Part shown: positions 1 to 12,273 of the stretch, piece by piece
How the letters are laid out: the number at the start of each line of letters is the position of its first letter
Position numbering within the stretch: position 1 is the first letter of the stretch
Assembly (NCBI RefSeq): GCF_006345805.1
Contig: NC_043005.1
Span: 66,464,001 to 66,528,000 of the forward strand
Source: Octopus sinensis
Taxonomy: Eukaryota
DNA: 64,000 nucleotides
Direction: 5' to 3'
Translations under genes and position numbers: made by a program
The notes under the pieces: model-generated
What the model saw: only the letters and a program-made list of their open reading frames with translations
Database searches by the model: none
What the model was told of the DNA's origin: nothing

Positions 1-859
1 CAAGAACATGAAACACCACAGAGACGACACAAGAACCACAGGACGGGACATTCGAAGCCCTCAGTCATCAGTCAAGAACCAGATCATCTTAGCAATTTCG
101 GCTGATTAATCTTGAGATTGCTCCGATTTGGGCAGCCCGCCAAGGGAAATCTAAGCCAAGCGCATTAGATCCCCTGGAAGAAAGCTTCGAATGTATACAA
201 CACGAGGACGGAAAACGAACGAAGTACACGAAAAAAAATACAGAATACGTGACACCAATAAGAATACAAAAACGTAAAAACAATAACGGTAAAAATAAAA
301 AACAAAACAAAACCAGGACGTAGGACAAGGGTCTTTCGACAGGACGAGTTGAGTTTAGGGCTGGCTTATGAAGTTGTGCCTAATGGCCGCAGGGAGACGA
401 ACAAATACGTGTTGCTTCGGCGACTGCTGGAACGAAAAGAGCGCTCAACAGTGGCTAGCGGTCACGTGAGAACAAAAGACAGGAGAAAGGGACAGATGAA
501 AAGAGAGAGAAGGTGGACGAGGGAGGAGAAGAAAGAGACAGATCGAGGGGACTGGAGGTGAGAGAGATAGAGAAACGTAGAGGGGGGGGGGAAGACGGAT
601 GGAGAGGGAAAGAAAGGAAGGGGAATAAGGGAGGAGAGAGAGAGAGAGAGAAAGAGACAGATCAAGAGTCGTATCAATGCTAGAGAAAAAATATACTTAT
701 CGTATAAGGACAATTGTGGATACGTAGCCGCCGATTATATAGGTAAACAGTAAAAATAATTACAGACATGGACAAGAACATGAAACACCACAGAGACGAC
801 ACAAGAACCACAGGACGGGACATTCGAAGCCCTCAGTCATCAGTCAAGAACCAGATCAT

Positions 860-862
<3 letters not shown>
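1..862. mobile_element. Penelope-like (PLE) relic with a 90-bp direct repeat (1-90 = 773-862)
   Basis: The two 90-bp copies are identical by eye, and a related copy lies at about 13310-13385. Family assignment is by resemblance to PLE untranslated regions; no ORF is present. Confidence 0.45.
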
Positions 863-898
<36 letters not shown>

Positions 899-994
899 AA
901 ATTAGAGACAAAACCACTATTATGCAAATCAAACAAAGAAAGACTTAAGCCAATACATAAATAATTTATATAAATTAAAATTTAACAAATGAAT

Positions 995-1046
995 AACCAC
1001 TACGATCGTTTCGTGTCAGCACATCTTAGACATTCTTCGGGTGGTT
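995..1046 (-). ncRNA. Type I hammerhead ribozyme motif, variant core (CCGAAGA), probably impaired
   Basis: Minus strand reads AACCAC-CCGAAGA-ATGTC..GACAC-GAAA-CGATCG-TA-GTGGTT. Stem I is 6 bp perfect, stem III is palindromic, and the base of stem II has an A.C mismatch. Confidence 0.6.
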
Positions 1047-1083
1047 TCTAAACCTTCTTAGCGAGTTTTAAACTATGAATTCA

Positions 1084-1119
<36 letters not shown>

Positions 1120-1183
1120 CACATATGTATGTATGTGTGTGTGTGTGTGTGTGTGTGTATTGTTACATCTGTCTTTGTACGAC

Positions 1184-1461
1184 GGGGCAATGGTTAACTA
1201 TGTGCGACTAGACAATCGTTCAACCCTGTTGAGAAATCTGCACAAATTCTTAGTTTGTTATTCGTTTTCACGTAAGCCGTCGGTATTGCTCAGTTTTCGT
1301 AGTCAATTTTTTTTTTTGATTATACAAAGACTTTCCAGTCTTTCCAGTTCTTTGTTAACCTGGTTATTGCCGCAAACGGCACGTTACGTTTGGGTCTAAA
1401 GGCCGGTGTTTATACCTTGCTTTACTGCGATCTTAGCTTTTGTTTTTGTACAGCAACCCAG
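1184..1461 (-). mobile_element. Ty3/Gypsy LTR-retrotransposon pol (start of RT) fragment, frameshifted
   Basis: Manual translation across frameshifts gives LGCCTKTKAKIAVK..PAFRPKRNVPFAA..NKELERLE..IDYEN*AIPTAYVKTNNKLRICADFSTGLNDCL..PLP, typical of the Gypsy RT N-terminus. Confidence 0.8.
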
Positions 1462-1667
1462 TCGCACAGTTTTATTATCCTCTAAGAGTTGTTTCGTTAT
1501 AACGTCCATCCAGTATCAGTATAATTACTATATCAGCAGAAACATGACTATCAACATAGTCTACACGTACTCGCTCGATACCAGCCGTCGTCACTTTACT
1601 TATAGTCACTCCTCATTCCACTCGTCACGTGGGAGGGGTATACCATTATTACTAATTCCCTACAACA

Positions 1668-1669
<2 letters not shown>

Positions 1670-1735
<66 letters not shown>

Positions 1736-1848
1736 AATCTATCTATCTATCTTTCTTTTGTTTTTTGTTTTTTTCATCCCCCAAAAGAAAAGCTCTACCT
1801 TGTAACTTGTCCCATCTGTGTGCAGCCCTGTGTGGCCAATAAAGAAAC

Positions 1849-1911
<63 letters not shown>

Positions 1912-1912
1912 A
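1670..1912 (+). mobile_element. (ATCT)n microsatellite interrupted by an ~75-bp LINE 3'-end fragment (about 1775-1848)
   Basis: The fragment ends ...GCAGCCCTGTGTGGCCAATAAAGAAAC and resembles the 3' end of the Tx1 LINE at 46303-46372 (minus). ATCT arrays lie on both sides. Confidence 0.5.
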
Positions 1913-2073
1913 TTATTTATCTATTCGGTTAAGTAATTGAGATTCTAGTGAATTCTAAAGAATTCACATGAATATGGTCCTTAACTAGGATGCACCGGAT
2001 ATCTATATGGTGTTAGCCATACGACAAGTGGGGTGATTATAAATAGGAAAAAAGCAACAAGAATGGATTAAAA

Positions 2074-2161
2074 TCTCGGTACGATCGTTTCGTACGAGGA
2101 CATCTTTAATAAGCTACAAAAAATGCAGTGAATACAGATGGCTCGTACTCGTCAGCCGAAA
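2074..2161 (-). ncRNA. Type I hammerhead ribozyme, canonical core
   Basis: Minus strand reads TTTCGG-CTGACGA-GTACGAG..CTCGTAC-GAAA-CGATCG-TA-CCGAGA. Stem I is 6 bp (one G-U), stem II is 7 bp plus a CATCT/AGATG extension, stem III is palindromic, and the GUA cleavage site lies between 2080 and 2079. Confidence 0.85.
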
Positions 2162-2310
2162 ACATATCAGAGAATTCCCAAACATCAAAAGGGGTAGATA
2201 TAAAACAGGTTGTAGGATTAACTGCATTGAAGAAAGTTCGATTCATGGAGATCAGATGAAAGGTTTTAATTATTTATCTATATATACACAAATAGGTGTA
2301 TGTGCGTATC

Positions 2311-2380
<70 letters not shown>

Positions 2381-2384
2381 TGAC

Positions 2385-2436
<52 letters not shown>

Positions 2437-2475
2437 GATGGATGGATGGATGGATGGATGGATGGATGGATGGAA
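2311..2475. repeat. (GATA)n/(GATG)n microsatellite
   Basis: Directly visible. Confidence 0.95.
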
Positions 2476-3324
2476 GATAGATGGCGTTGAGAGTGAGAAA
2501 GAGAGAGAGAGGGAGAGAGAAAAAGAAACAGGTAGAGTGAGGTTAACTAACTTCCCATATGCACTCGTACACGTTTTCGAAAATAGCTTTCGCATTTAAT
2601 CACCATATGTCTGCATTTAAAATAGTTTATCAGTGGATGAAGACAAGATATTCTGTCAGCTAAAAGAAAGCAGGAATTGTAGTGAATTCCCATTCAGTGT
2701 CTACAAATGTCCCGTGCTCATCGCCATTTTGAAAGCAGATCATGATTAATTTCATCCTCTATTGTACAGCAGCGATGTCGCGCAATAGGCTTCCCCACTT
2801 TCTTCTAGCTAGCATGAAGCAAGCATGTGAATGTATTGCTATCTAACCATCATCCTGCTCGTGACCATACATACGCTGATCAAATATAAAGCGCTTTAGG
2901 TAGAATTATTGCCAAACGTTTGCTCGTGCTCAGACATTACAATTATTGTGATTATTTGTTGGAGCATAATGAGAGAGAGGAGAGAATGACAGAAATACAA
3001 AAAGTAGAAAAGGAGAGGACAGATACGCGGTCAATGCAACGTGAGACAGTCTCTGCAAAGAAAAGAAAGACAACAGTTAATTAAGAATAGATTCATTTGT
3101 TATCTTTTATTAAATTAACAATTCCTTCGTACAATCTCCTTCAATTATCATTTCATTCCACATACAGATAAGAAATATTTTTTTAACATTTGTTGTTTTG
3201 CGTTTGTATTTTTTTTTTTTTTGATATATCGAAGCAATATCACCATTCTTATAATTTCTATCAGTTCATCCATTAAATCGTATTTTTAAAACATATTTCA
3301 CTGGGTCAAATAATGGGCTCAAAA

Positions 3325-3527
3325 TATTACACGAGGCCAGTAATTTTGGAGGAGCGGGTAAGTCAATTATATCGATTCCGGTACTTGACTGGGACTTATT
3401 TTATCGACCCCCGAAAGGATGAGAAACAAAGTCGACCTCAGCAGAATTTAAACTCAGAACGTAAAGACGGACGAAATACTGCTAAGCACTTTGTCCGCCG
3501 CAGTAATAATTCTGCTTGTTCGCCATT
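3325..3527 (-). mobile_element. tRNA-derived SINE, family with GGCGGCGAGCTGGCAG head and Meta-like core
   Basis: Matches the near-consensus copy at 38704-38940 in reverse. Confidence 0.75.
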
Positions 3528-5429
3528 TTAGTGGGTCAAACATTGAAAACAATATTGTCTCAGTCCTCACCACCCAATTTATGCAGCGGATCATCCTAGT
3601 TTTTTTCATTGTGATTGGCTTGGAATTTGCGAATTAAGGTTATCATTGGTATCGTGTTAAGGAAAGTAGGAAAACATACTAGTGCCTTAATTGTGCCAAT
3701 TTGAAATATATTTCACCACTTGATTGGATGTTGGTGTGGTGGATGATCAATTATACAGTAAATCACGGTTTAAAAGAGTGGTTGCTAAGGTAACCGTTAT
3801 TGCTACATCTAAACACGAGTTATGATTACTAGAGTTTGATTTTTACAACTTCACCAAATCTTCTTGATGAGACAAGAATCTCGATGTTGGTAAAAAAACC
3901 CAGAGTAGTTGTAGTAACTGCATTGCCTTCTTACAGTAGCATGTTTTGTTGTTGTTGCTGCTATTGTTATATATTGTTACTATTGTTGTTTAGAAACAGG
4001 TCTGTTATAATGAAGAGAGCCTATGTTTAGACCCAGGTTTCTTGGATGATGAAGATCTGTTCAACAGCGTTCCATCTATGATAACCCCTAACTTCTTTTC
4101 AGAAATAATATTAAATCTACAACTACAATAGCCAATATGTTGTTCCGATATTTCAATCAGCTGAGTGCGATTTTAGGGAGTTTGATTTCTACTTCTATGA
4201 TATTGCACAACCATTTAGAAGAGCACTCTGTCTCGGATTCTCTCTTTGGCTGGTTGTGTATTTGTGGTTCTCAACGATTGAGTGTCTCTTGAACAATTAA
4301 TATGAATGGCGTCTGTGATTTTAATGTTAGATCTTTTGCTTCAGGTAGAGTTCTTATATCTGTGATTGTAGTAAATTTGATAATGGTTTTCTATAGTTTT
4401 TACCAGTTGATCAATAGTGTGCTGACGTGTATTTTACTATGCTTGGTGTAGCCGAGAGACAATTAGGCCAAGTCTATCATTTGCCATTTCCTTCCGAGAA
4501 CCAAATCGTTGTTCAATTAAACGATTCATACCAGCATTTCTTAGACTGGCTCGAGGAATTGGCGCCAAAGCCGTGCAATTCCCGGTCTGTAAATGGAAAC
4601 CTTAATTTCCTCTTCCTTTTGCAGTTAGAATATCTCATATGACGCACAATAAAACTGCGTAATCGCTTGAGTTATTAATAGATGATAAAGAGTTTTGTTA
4701 TGAAGTCATTGTGTATGACACTGTGTATATTTTCTTACTTATATATGCTTTTCTATGCATATCTTTGTATGTTTTCATATACGTGTACATATTTGTATAT
4801 GTAAATGTGTGTACATATGCATGTGCATGTGTATGTGAGCGTGCGTGCGTTCATTCTACTTTCAAAAGTATATTATTTGTAAAGGCGACCAACTGTACGG
4901 AAGCTCTTTTGTAACGGTTCTTCGTTATAATTGTTTGCCATCTTTATGATGCTATTGCTTATGTTGTTATTGGCTGTGATTATTCTTTTTATGTGTAGTA
5001 ACGAGATACATTTTGTGATACTTTTTATAGTATTACTGATTTGTAAGTTTTTGTATAACACTATATTTCCAGTCTTCCATTGCCTTAACCTATCTCTGTA
5101 TATTCATGCAATTATAATGCATTTGCCATCGTTTTTTTTTCTTTATTTCACAAATGTTTCGCCCCATTTGCAGAAATTCTAAATTTAATTCGTATTTTTA
5201 CTTAATTTCATTAGTCAAAAAAAGCTGTCAGATTAGTTCAAAAAAAGCTGTCAGATTAGTATGTGTTTGTGGAAACATGCTGCTACACGTCCTGGCTGTG
5301 GTTTTGATATGTAAGAGACTGCTGGTTAAAGTGTACATATCATTCGAAAGCCAAAATGTATCGCACGTTCTACCCTCACCCACAATTTTGGGTGTAAGAT
5401 ACGATACATGTAACAGGTGGACTGAATAT

Positions 5430-5625
5430 ATATGATATAACTATAGGCTGAAAAGTTCTTACGTCCAAGTATATTGTCATGGAGTGTAACCAAATGTGGT
5501 TTATTTTTCAGCATAGTCCACCTTGTGGTCAATACACTTCTTCCTTCGGTGTTGCAGTGCTTGGATCCTATTAGTCAAGAAACTTTCATCTTGTTGGCTA
5601 AAATAGTCATCAGCAGAGGATATTA
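5430..5625 (-). mobile_element. Mariner 3'-end fragment
   Basis: Encodes DDYFSQQDESFLTNRIQALQHRRKKCIDHKVDYAEK*, a mariner transposase C-terminus, followed by TIR-like sequence. Confidence 0.75.
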
Positions 5626-5685
5626 CTGTGATACTGGTTCTCGGAGAAAGAAAATCGCCAACGATACACACGCGGTCACATATAA

Positions 5686-5725
<40 letters not shown>

Positions 5726-6399
5726 CCTATTTGAGCATTTTCCCTTCCACACTCACACAGACATGCCCAAACAAGAGTATGAATACACACATACAACACT
5801 CACTGCTAACATGTAAACTACATGTCAGGGCTAATATACATTCTCATTCACATGCGGCAAATACAAGCGAGACGTCGTTGACGTCGCATTAATTAAAAAG
5901 CCACACCGTTTTGCGTTTTCTTTGAATAAATTTCCCTTCATAGTCACTAAATATGCAGCATGCAAGAACATTTATGCTATGAAATTACAGAACAGCGACG
6001 AACATCAAAGCTTTTGAAATTCTCTCAGCTACAAAACGATTGCCGAATTCAACACTGTTCACTTTGCCTCCAATTGTTTCTGCTGCTGTAGACGTATTGT
6101 GCGTCCGATACAGGGACAAGGAATAGAATCTGGCACGCTTCTATTTCACGCAATAAGCAATCCATTCCCTTTGTGTTACACTGCCGTTTTTGTAATATAC
6201 TAGATTAGGTCTAATTGTGGGGAACTATGATTAAAGTTTATATGGATGCATGGAGCTCTCTATGTACGTATGCATATATGTATATATATGTGCATGTATG
6301 TACGTACGGACGCATGTATGTAAGTATGTATGTATGCATGCATGTATGTATGTATTATGTATGCATGTATAAACGCATGTATGTATGAATGTACAGATG

Positions 6400-7050
6400 T
6401 ATGTGTGAAGGTGTAGAGCCTAGTGGTTAGGGTGCTTCACTCACGATTGCTAGATCGTCGTTTCATTTCCTGGACCGGGTACTCTTTACTCTTTTAACTC
6501 TTTTACTTGTTTCAGTCATGTGACTGTGGCCATGCTGGAGCACCGCCTTTAGTCGAGCAAATCGACCCCAGGACTTATTCTTTGGAAGCCTAGTACTTAT
6601 TTTATCGGTCTCTTTTGCCGAACCGCTAAGATACGGGGACGTAAACACACCAGCATCGGTTGTCCAGCGATGTTGGGGGGACAAACACAGACACTCAAAC
6701 ATATACACACACACATATATATATACATATATACGACGGGCTTCTTTCAGTTTCCGTCTACCGAATCCACTCACAAGGCTTTGGTCGGCCTGAGGCAATA
6801 GTAGAAGACACTTATCCAAGGTGTCACGCAGTGGGACTGAACCAGGAACCACGTGGTTCGTAAGCAAGCTACTTACCACACAGCCACTCCTGCGCCTATG
6901 AGCAAAACACTTCATCTCATGTTGCCTTGTGATAACCTCGACAACTGACGCGTAGTACACCGTGCACCTGTTCAAGCAAGGTCAATTTTATGGAGGGAAT
7001 GAGCCAATGTACAGCACATACATTTGATCATTATAAACAAATCGTTTGCC
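6400..7050 (+). mobile_element. tRNA-derived SINE split by a second SINE (about 6480-6898, minus)
   Basis: Head at 6400-6480, then an inverted copy of the microsatellite-containing SINE family, then the body resumes at about 6900. Confidence 0.7.
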
Positions 7051-7959
7051 TTTAATCTGGACTTGTTTAAGTTCAAACCGTCGTAGCTTTTCACAGTAGA
7101 GAGTTTTCCAAGATTATGTGAATGACGTAATGCGTGCGTACATATAGGTGTATATATGGATGTAGTAGTATTACTGTAAAGGGTGTGGATGTTTTGTTAG
7201 TGCAGTAGTATGTATGTTATATGCACGAATGTGATTTTTGCGTTTATGCATATTTCAGGAAAATTAAATAGAAAAGTTTTGGAATGCTTCTCAAATATTC
7301 TCTCTACTATTCGATCGATATAACACAGAATACTGCGTGAATTCTCTTGAGGGGGCTTCTCATATGGACTCGTGGTGCATAAAAGCACTCATATTTATAT
7401 CGTTGACAGATGAGAACCGTTTGCTACGGCCGCTGGAATTACAATTTCATATGATTTTGCTCTGTTTTGGTCTCCTCAGTGACACACATCTATTAGCGAC
7501 GTAGCAACCAAATCTCCCGTCAACGATAAACATAATATCAGTGTCTATTCTGGCACTGATGTCGCACATGATAAGCCAGCATTCTGGCACTTGATAAGCC
7601 AGTCGGCTTATCAAGAGATAATAATTAATTGCGACAGATAAAGCAATCTTTATCTCCAACGTAACATGGAGGTTCTTTCAGAACACAGAACACTGCGCTA
7701 TTTACCTTGAGAGGACCTCCCATATAGATTCGAGGTTACGAGCACTTTTATACTATTGTAGAGTGCATAGATGACAAATGCTTGTAAGAGGCATATATAC
7801 GATCAGTTTGGAAAGGACACGTCACAAATGCTATTTTTAGGTGAATATATCACCTGAGTTATCCTAGGTTGACTAGATTGCACCATGTCATTGAGAACAA
7901 AAGCACAAATATAAAAACGAAAAATTATGTATTCATTTCAGAAACCACTCTCATCATTA

Positions 7960-8790
7960 TCGACGGCCTCCATGCATCTTAGTATCAAGAGATTCTTACT
8001 GTTCAATCACATCCAGGATGGCAGTATTTAACTCTTTACCATTTTACTATTTAGGGCTCCCGCTCAACGGTTCCTATCAGGTTACATGTTAGGTTTCATA
8101 TGATTGCCAAATTCTCGGCTGGTCACACACAGACTGCCAGAGACGTGCAAGAAAGGAAGAAAACCCTGCTGGAACACATCGGCTTCTCTATCCGCCTTCC
8201 TCACTTCATGTCTTCACTACTGTGCACAGTATATTGACATTGGAGCCTTGCAGGAATAGTGAGACAGTATGCATTACTTTCGTTGCTCATGATCTTTAGG
8301 ATAGTTAAAGATGACGGGAACATTATGTGCAGGATACTCCTCGCAGAGTCTCGTGATCATCTGTTTGACCTTGTCGCAGTTCTTTTCGGAGAACTAGAGC
8401 ATGATGAATTTCTCACGATACTTAAATTTGTTCAGCAAGCGGTTTAACTGGATCGTACGGTTCTCCCAAGCCTTGCCGGACAGGAAATGACTCTTTCTCC
8501 TCATGTTGGACTTGTATCTCATGACCTCTTACCCAACTCATCTGATACCGGGCTCGGCGATCTTGAACTGGTAGGCAATGGGATTATCGACTTGCTGCAA
8601 TTATTGTTGATACTGTCTTGTAACAGCTGCAAGAACTCAGCCGTCCTGAAATCATCTAATCGCTAATAATATATGTTTTTGCATTCAGTCTTAGCCAAGG
8701 GTAAAAGTCCCTACGAGATGCCTTTCGGTCCTTCCTGACTTCGAAGTGTAGTTGGCGGCTCAAGGCACGAGGTCAGTGTGCGTTTTCATT
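7960..8790 (-). pseudogene. Decayed GC3-rich reading frame of unknown family
   Basis: Frame ..VDNPIAYQFKIAEPGIR*VG*EVMRYKSNMRRKSHFLSGKAWENRTIQLNRLLNKFKYREKFIML*FSEKNCDKVKQMITRLCEEYPAHNVPVIFNYPKDHEQRK*CILSHYSCKAP. Codons mostly end in G/C, and each stop is one C-to-T change from a Gln or Arg codon. Confidence 0.55.
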
Positions 8791-9329
8791 TCCTGTATCA
8801 TACTGGACTATGCCACATTGATTTTGTCGATACGGCTGATTTAAAAAAATTAATAATTAGTAAATTTAACGTTGACGTAACACTACATTAGGTTGTATTT
8901 TATTTATGCTTTACTAAATTTATGTCCACAGATACCGAATAGTTCCTGTATATCTCGTCAGAGGTGTTCTGAAGTGTGTATATGGCCAATGTTATTCTAG
9001 ATTGTATATATAACCAGTTCATTCATGAGTCTACTTATCCTCAGAGCTAGTCATGATTCTATATATTACTTGTCCTATAACTGCTCCCATCAAAACCGTC
9101 AAGATTTTTAGTGAAATAATCTGTAAATTATGCTTATTTTAAGAGAGGCCATCCTCTCAATTTAACTGTGACATGGAATGTTACATCATATTCAAAATAA
9201 TGGCGGATCTTTTCTATTTGGCTTCTAGTTTTCACTTACTTCAATTTTTGTTCCAGTTGATTTCATATTTGGTGTATTGTTTAGTTGTGTATTGTAATCA
9301 TTCACAAGAAATGAATTTTCCCCGTAAAT

Positions 9330-9640
9330 CTGGAGTTTAGTGTCATTAGCAAATATTTTCACTTTGCAGTGATTTACGAAGCTGGAAAAGTCGTTTATGT
9401 AAATTATAAAGAGGAGCGGGCCCAAGACAGTCCCCTGAGAGACACCACTGGTGACATTTGCTGGGCCTGAGTGGACTCCATCGACCAGATGTTGTGTTCT
9501 ATTCGCCAGGAAATACTTAATCCTGTGCAGAGGTTTTCGGCGCATTCCAACATTTGCCAATTTTGAGACTAAGATATCATGGTCAACCCTGTCGAACGCT
9601 TTACTGAAGTCAAGATATATGACATCAGAGTTCGAACCTG
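9330..9640 (-). mobile_element. CR1/Jockey-group LINE reverse transcriptase fragment
   Basis: Motifs IYLDFSKAFDRVDH, SGVSQGTVLGPLLFIIYIND and KIFANDTKL (YADD equivalent). Confidence 0.9.
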
Positions 9641-9710
9641 TTCCCAAGATTTAAAGTATATCTTCAATGTGGTGTGTGTCTATATATATATATACATATA
9701 CATACAACAG

Positions 9711-10033
9711 AAGCACCCCTTCGGTTACGATGACAGGTGTCCCAGCTGATACGATCAGCGGAAGAGCTTCCTCGTGAAACTAACGTGCAAGCGGTTGCAA
9801 CTCCACAGACACGCATACCCTTAATGTGGTTCTCAAGGAAATTCAGCGTGTCAGAGAGTGGGACGAGGCAGGCCCTTTGAAATACAGGTACTACTTATTT
9901 TTGCCAGCTGGGTGGACTGGAGCAATGTGAAATAAAGTGTCTTGCTCAAGGGCACAACGCATCGCCGGGAATTGAACTCATGACCTTACGATTGTGAGCC
10001 GAATGCCCTAACCACTAAGCCACGCGCCTTCAC
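9711..10033 (-). mobile_element. Full-length tRNA-derived SINE (head type B plus Nin/Deu-like 3' module)
   Basis: A/B-box head GAAGGCGCGTGGCTTAGTGG..GAGTTCAATTCC; 3' module shared with 21747-21930 and 39370-39480. Confidence 0.75.
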
Positions 10034-10382
10034 ACACACACTCACACACACACACATGTATACACACATATGTGCGTGTGTGTGTGTCTTTGCGTCTTTG
10101 TTTATCTCCACCACCGCTTGACGACCTGTAAGCAAGAGAAATCGATAGAATAAAGTACCTGGCTTCAAGAAAGAAAAAGAAAAAAAGGAAAAAGAAAGGA
10201 ACTGGGGTTAATTTATTCGACTTAAATTCTTCAATGTGGTGCCCCAGCATGGCCACAATCTAATGATTGAAGCAAATAAAAGATCATCGATAACACACAA
10301 TATTAGTGACAATATAACTGCTTTCAAATTTTGGCACAAGGCCAGGAATTACAAGAGAGTGGTTATATCAGTTACATCAACT

Positions 10383-10610
10383 CGGCAGAAACGTTAGCAC
10401 GCCCGGCGAAATGCCTAGCGGTATTTCGTCTGCGGTTACGTTCTGAGTTCAAATTCCGCCGAGGTCAACTTTCCCTTTCATCCCTTCGGGGTCAATTAAA
10501 TAAGTACCAGTTAATCAATGGGGTCGATGTAATCGACTTAATCTCCTTGTCTGTCCTTGTTTGATCCCTCTATGTTTAGCCCCCCTGTGGGTAATAAAGA
10601 AATAAATATT
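10383..10610 (+). mobile_element. SINE, Meta-like core family, long tail
   Basis: Matches 38704-38940. Confidence 0.8.
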
Positions 10611-11261
10611 CAACTGGTATTTATTTCATCGATCCCGAAAGGATGAAAGGCAAAGTCGACCTCGGTTGAATTTGAACTCGGTACTTCAAGACAGACGAAA
10701 TGCCGCTATGCATTCTGTCCGATGATGACAGCATTACTGCCACTGCGATAATACTATTACTGCCAACAAAACATGCTATCCCATGCTATCTCATCTTTAT
10801 ACACCACCACTGTCTCCACTCGATGTTATACCATCACAACGTATCATTTACTCCTGCGACAACTAGAATACACTTTGTATATTTCTACTGTCACTGCTAC
10901 TCCTGCTGCTACATATTCACATCACTCCTTCTACTTCTGCCAGTCCCCCATCATTTCTACCACTCCCACAAATGACTCCCACTACATCTACCAACAGGCA
11001 GTGGTTATTATAGTCTACTTCGACCGCCACTACTCCTGTCACCAACCACTGCTGCCACCACCACCACCTCAAAAGTTACTATAACCGCTCCTTTCTCTAT
11101 CACAATCGTCATCACATTTTAACTTTATCTTCATCAACGACGGGGTCTCTCTCTACTCGCTCATTCGGTCTGTTAGAAATATTCAGTGTAATTGCTTCAA
11201 ATTACAACCTATCGTTTCTCTGTCTGTCCATCTGTCTGTCTCTCTCTTTCTCTCTCTCTCC

Positions 11262-11293
<32 letters not shown>

Positions 11294-11869
11294 GTCTTCG
11301 TCCGTCACTTGTTTTCTTTTTCCCTTATTTCAGTGAAAAGACACATTGGATAATGTTGGCCTTGATAAATAAATAGACGGAATATTGAATGTCTGATACC
11401 TCTGTTTAGCCGCAGGTCAATCTTGCAGCTAACAACAACAACAACAACAAAATTTACTTCAATAACAACCAGATACCACCATCACCACCACCAACAACAA
11501 CAACAGCACTATCAACATTAACCCAGCCCCTTCTCAGATTATTCGCCATATTGCAACTCTCACTACTACCAGCTCCAGTAAATCTTCCAGGACCGCCTTC
11601 CGTATTATTACTACGCATCGCACAAATATCAATACTGCTACTTCTGTCGTTTGTAACGATCGTACACGCAACGCTTATCACAAAAACGGCAACGACGAAA
11701 ACAACAGTTACTATCACTCCCTCCGCTCTTTCCAAGCCAATGAAGGGTGCTCTCACTCGGTGGTCGTTTAATTTGCTAGAAATAGCTACCAAAGCACTTT
11801 CAAATTACATCCTACCACCTTACAGTATTCAAAAATAGTTAACTTTGGAGAGTGTAGACCCAGATCTAC

Positions 11870-12273
11870 TATTCTCTCTTTTTTATTCTTTTACTTGTTT
11901 CAGTCATTTGACTGCAGCCATGCTGGAGCACCGCCTTTAGTCGAGAAAATCGACCCCAGGACTTATTCTTTGGAAGCCTAGTACTTATTCTATCGGTTTC
12001 TTTCGCCGAACCGCTAAGTTACGGGGACGTAAACACACCAGCATCGGTTGTCAAGCGATGTTGGGGGGATAAACACAGACACACAAACATATACACACAC
12101 ATACATATACATATATACGACGGGCTTCGTTCAGTTTCCGTCTACCAAATCCACTTACAAGGCTTGGTCGGCCCAAGGCTATAGTAGAAGACACTTACCT
12201 AAGGTGCTAAACAGTGGGACTGAACCCGGAACATGTGGTTGGTAAGCAAGCAACTTACCACACAGCCACTCCT
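11870..12273 (-). mobile_element. SINE with internal (CA/TA)n tract
   Basis: Head AGGAGTGGCTGTGTGGTAAG, internal microsatellite, tail ..GACTGAAACAAGTAAAAGA. Confidence 0.85.

Noticed and set aside
805-862. CTGATGA/CTGAAGA...CGAATG..GTC on the minus strand (also 1-90 and about 13310-13350) as a hammerhead
   Set aside because: GAAA is replaced by GAAT and no stem I or credible stem II can be drawn.
4100-4450. Possible RTE endonuclease fossil on the minus strand (ITDIRTLPEA..)
   Set aside because: Similarity is too short and heavily interrupted to support a call.
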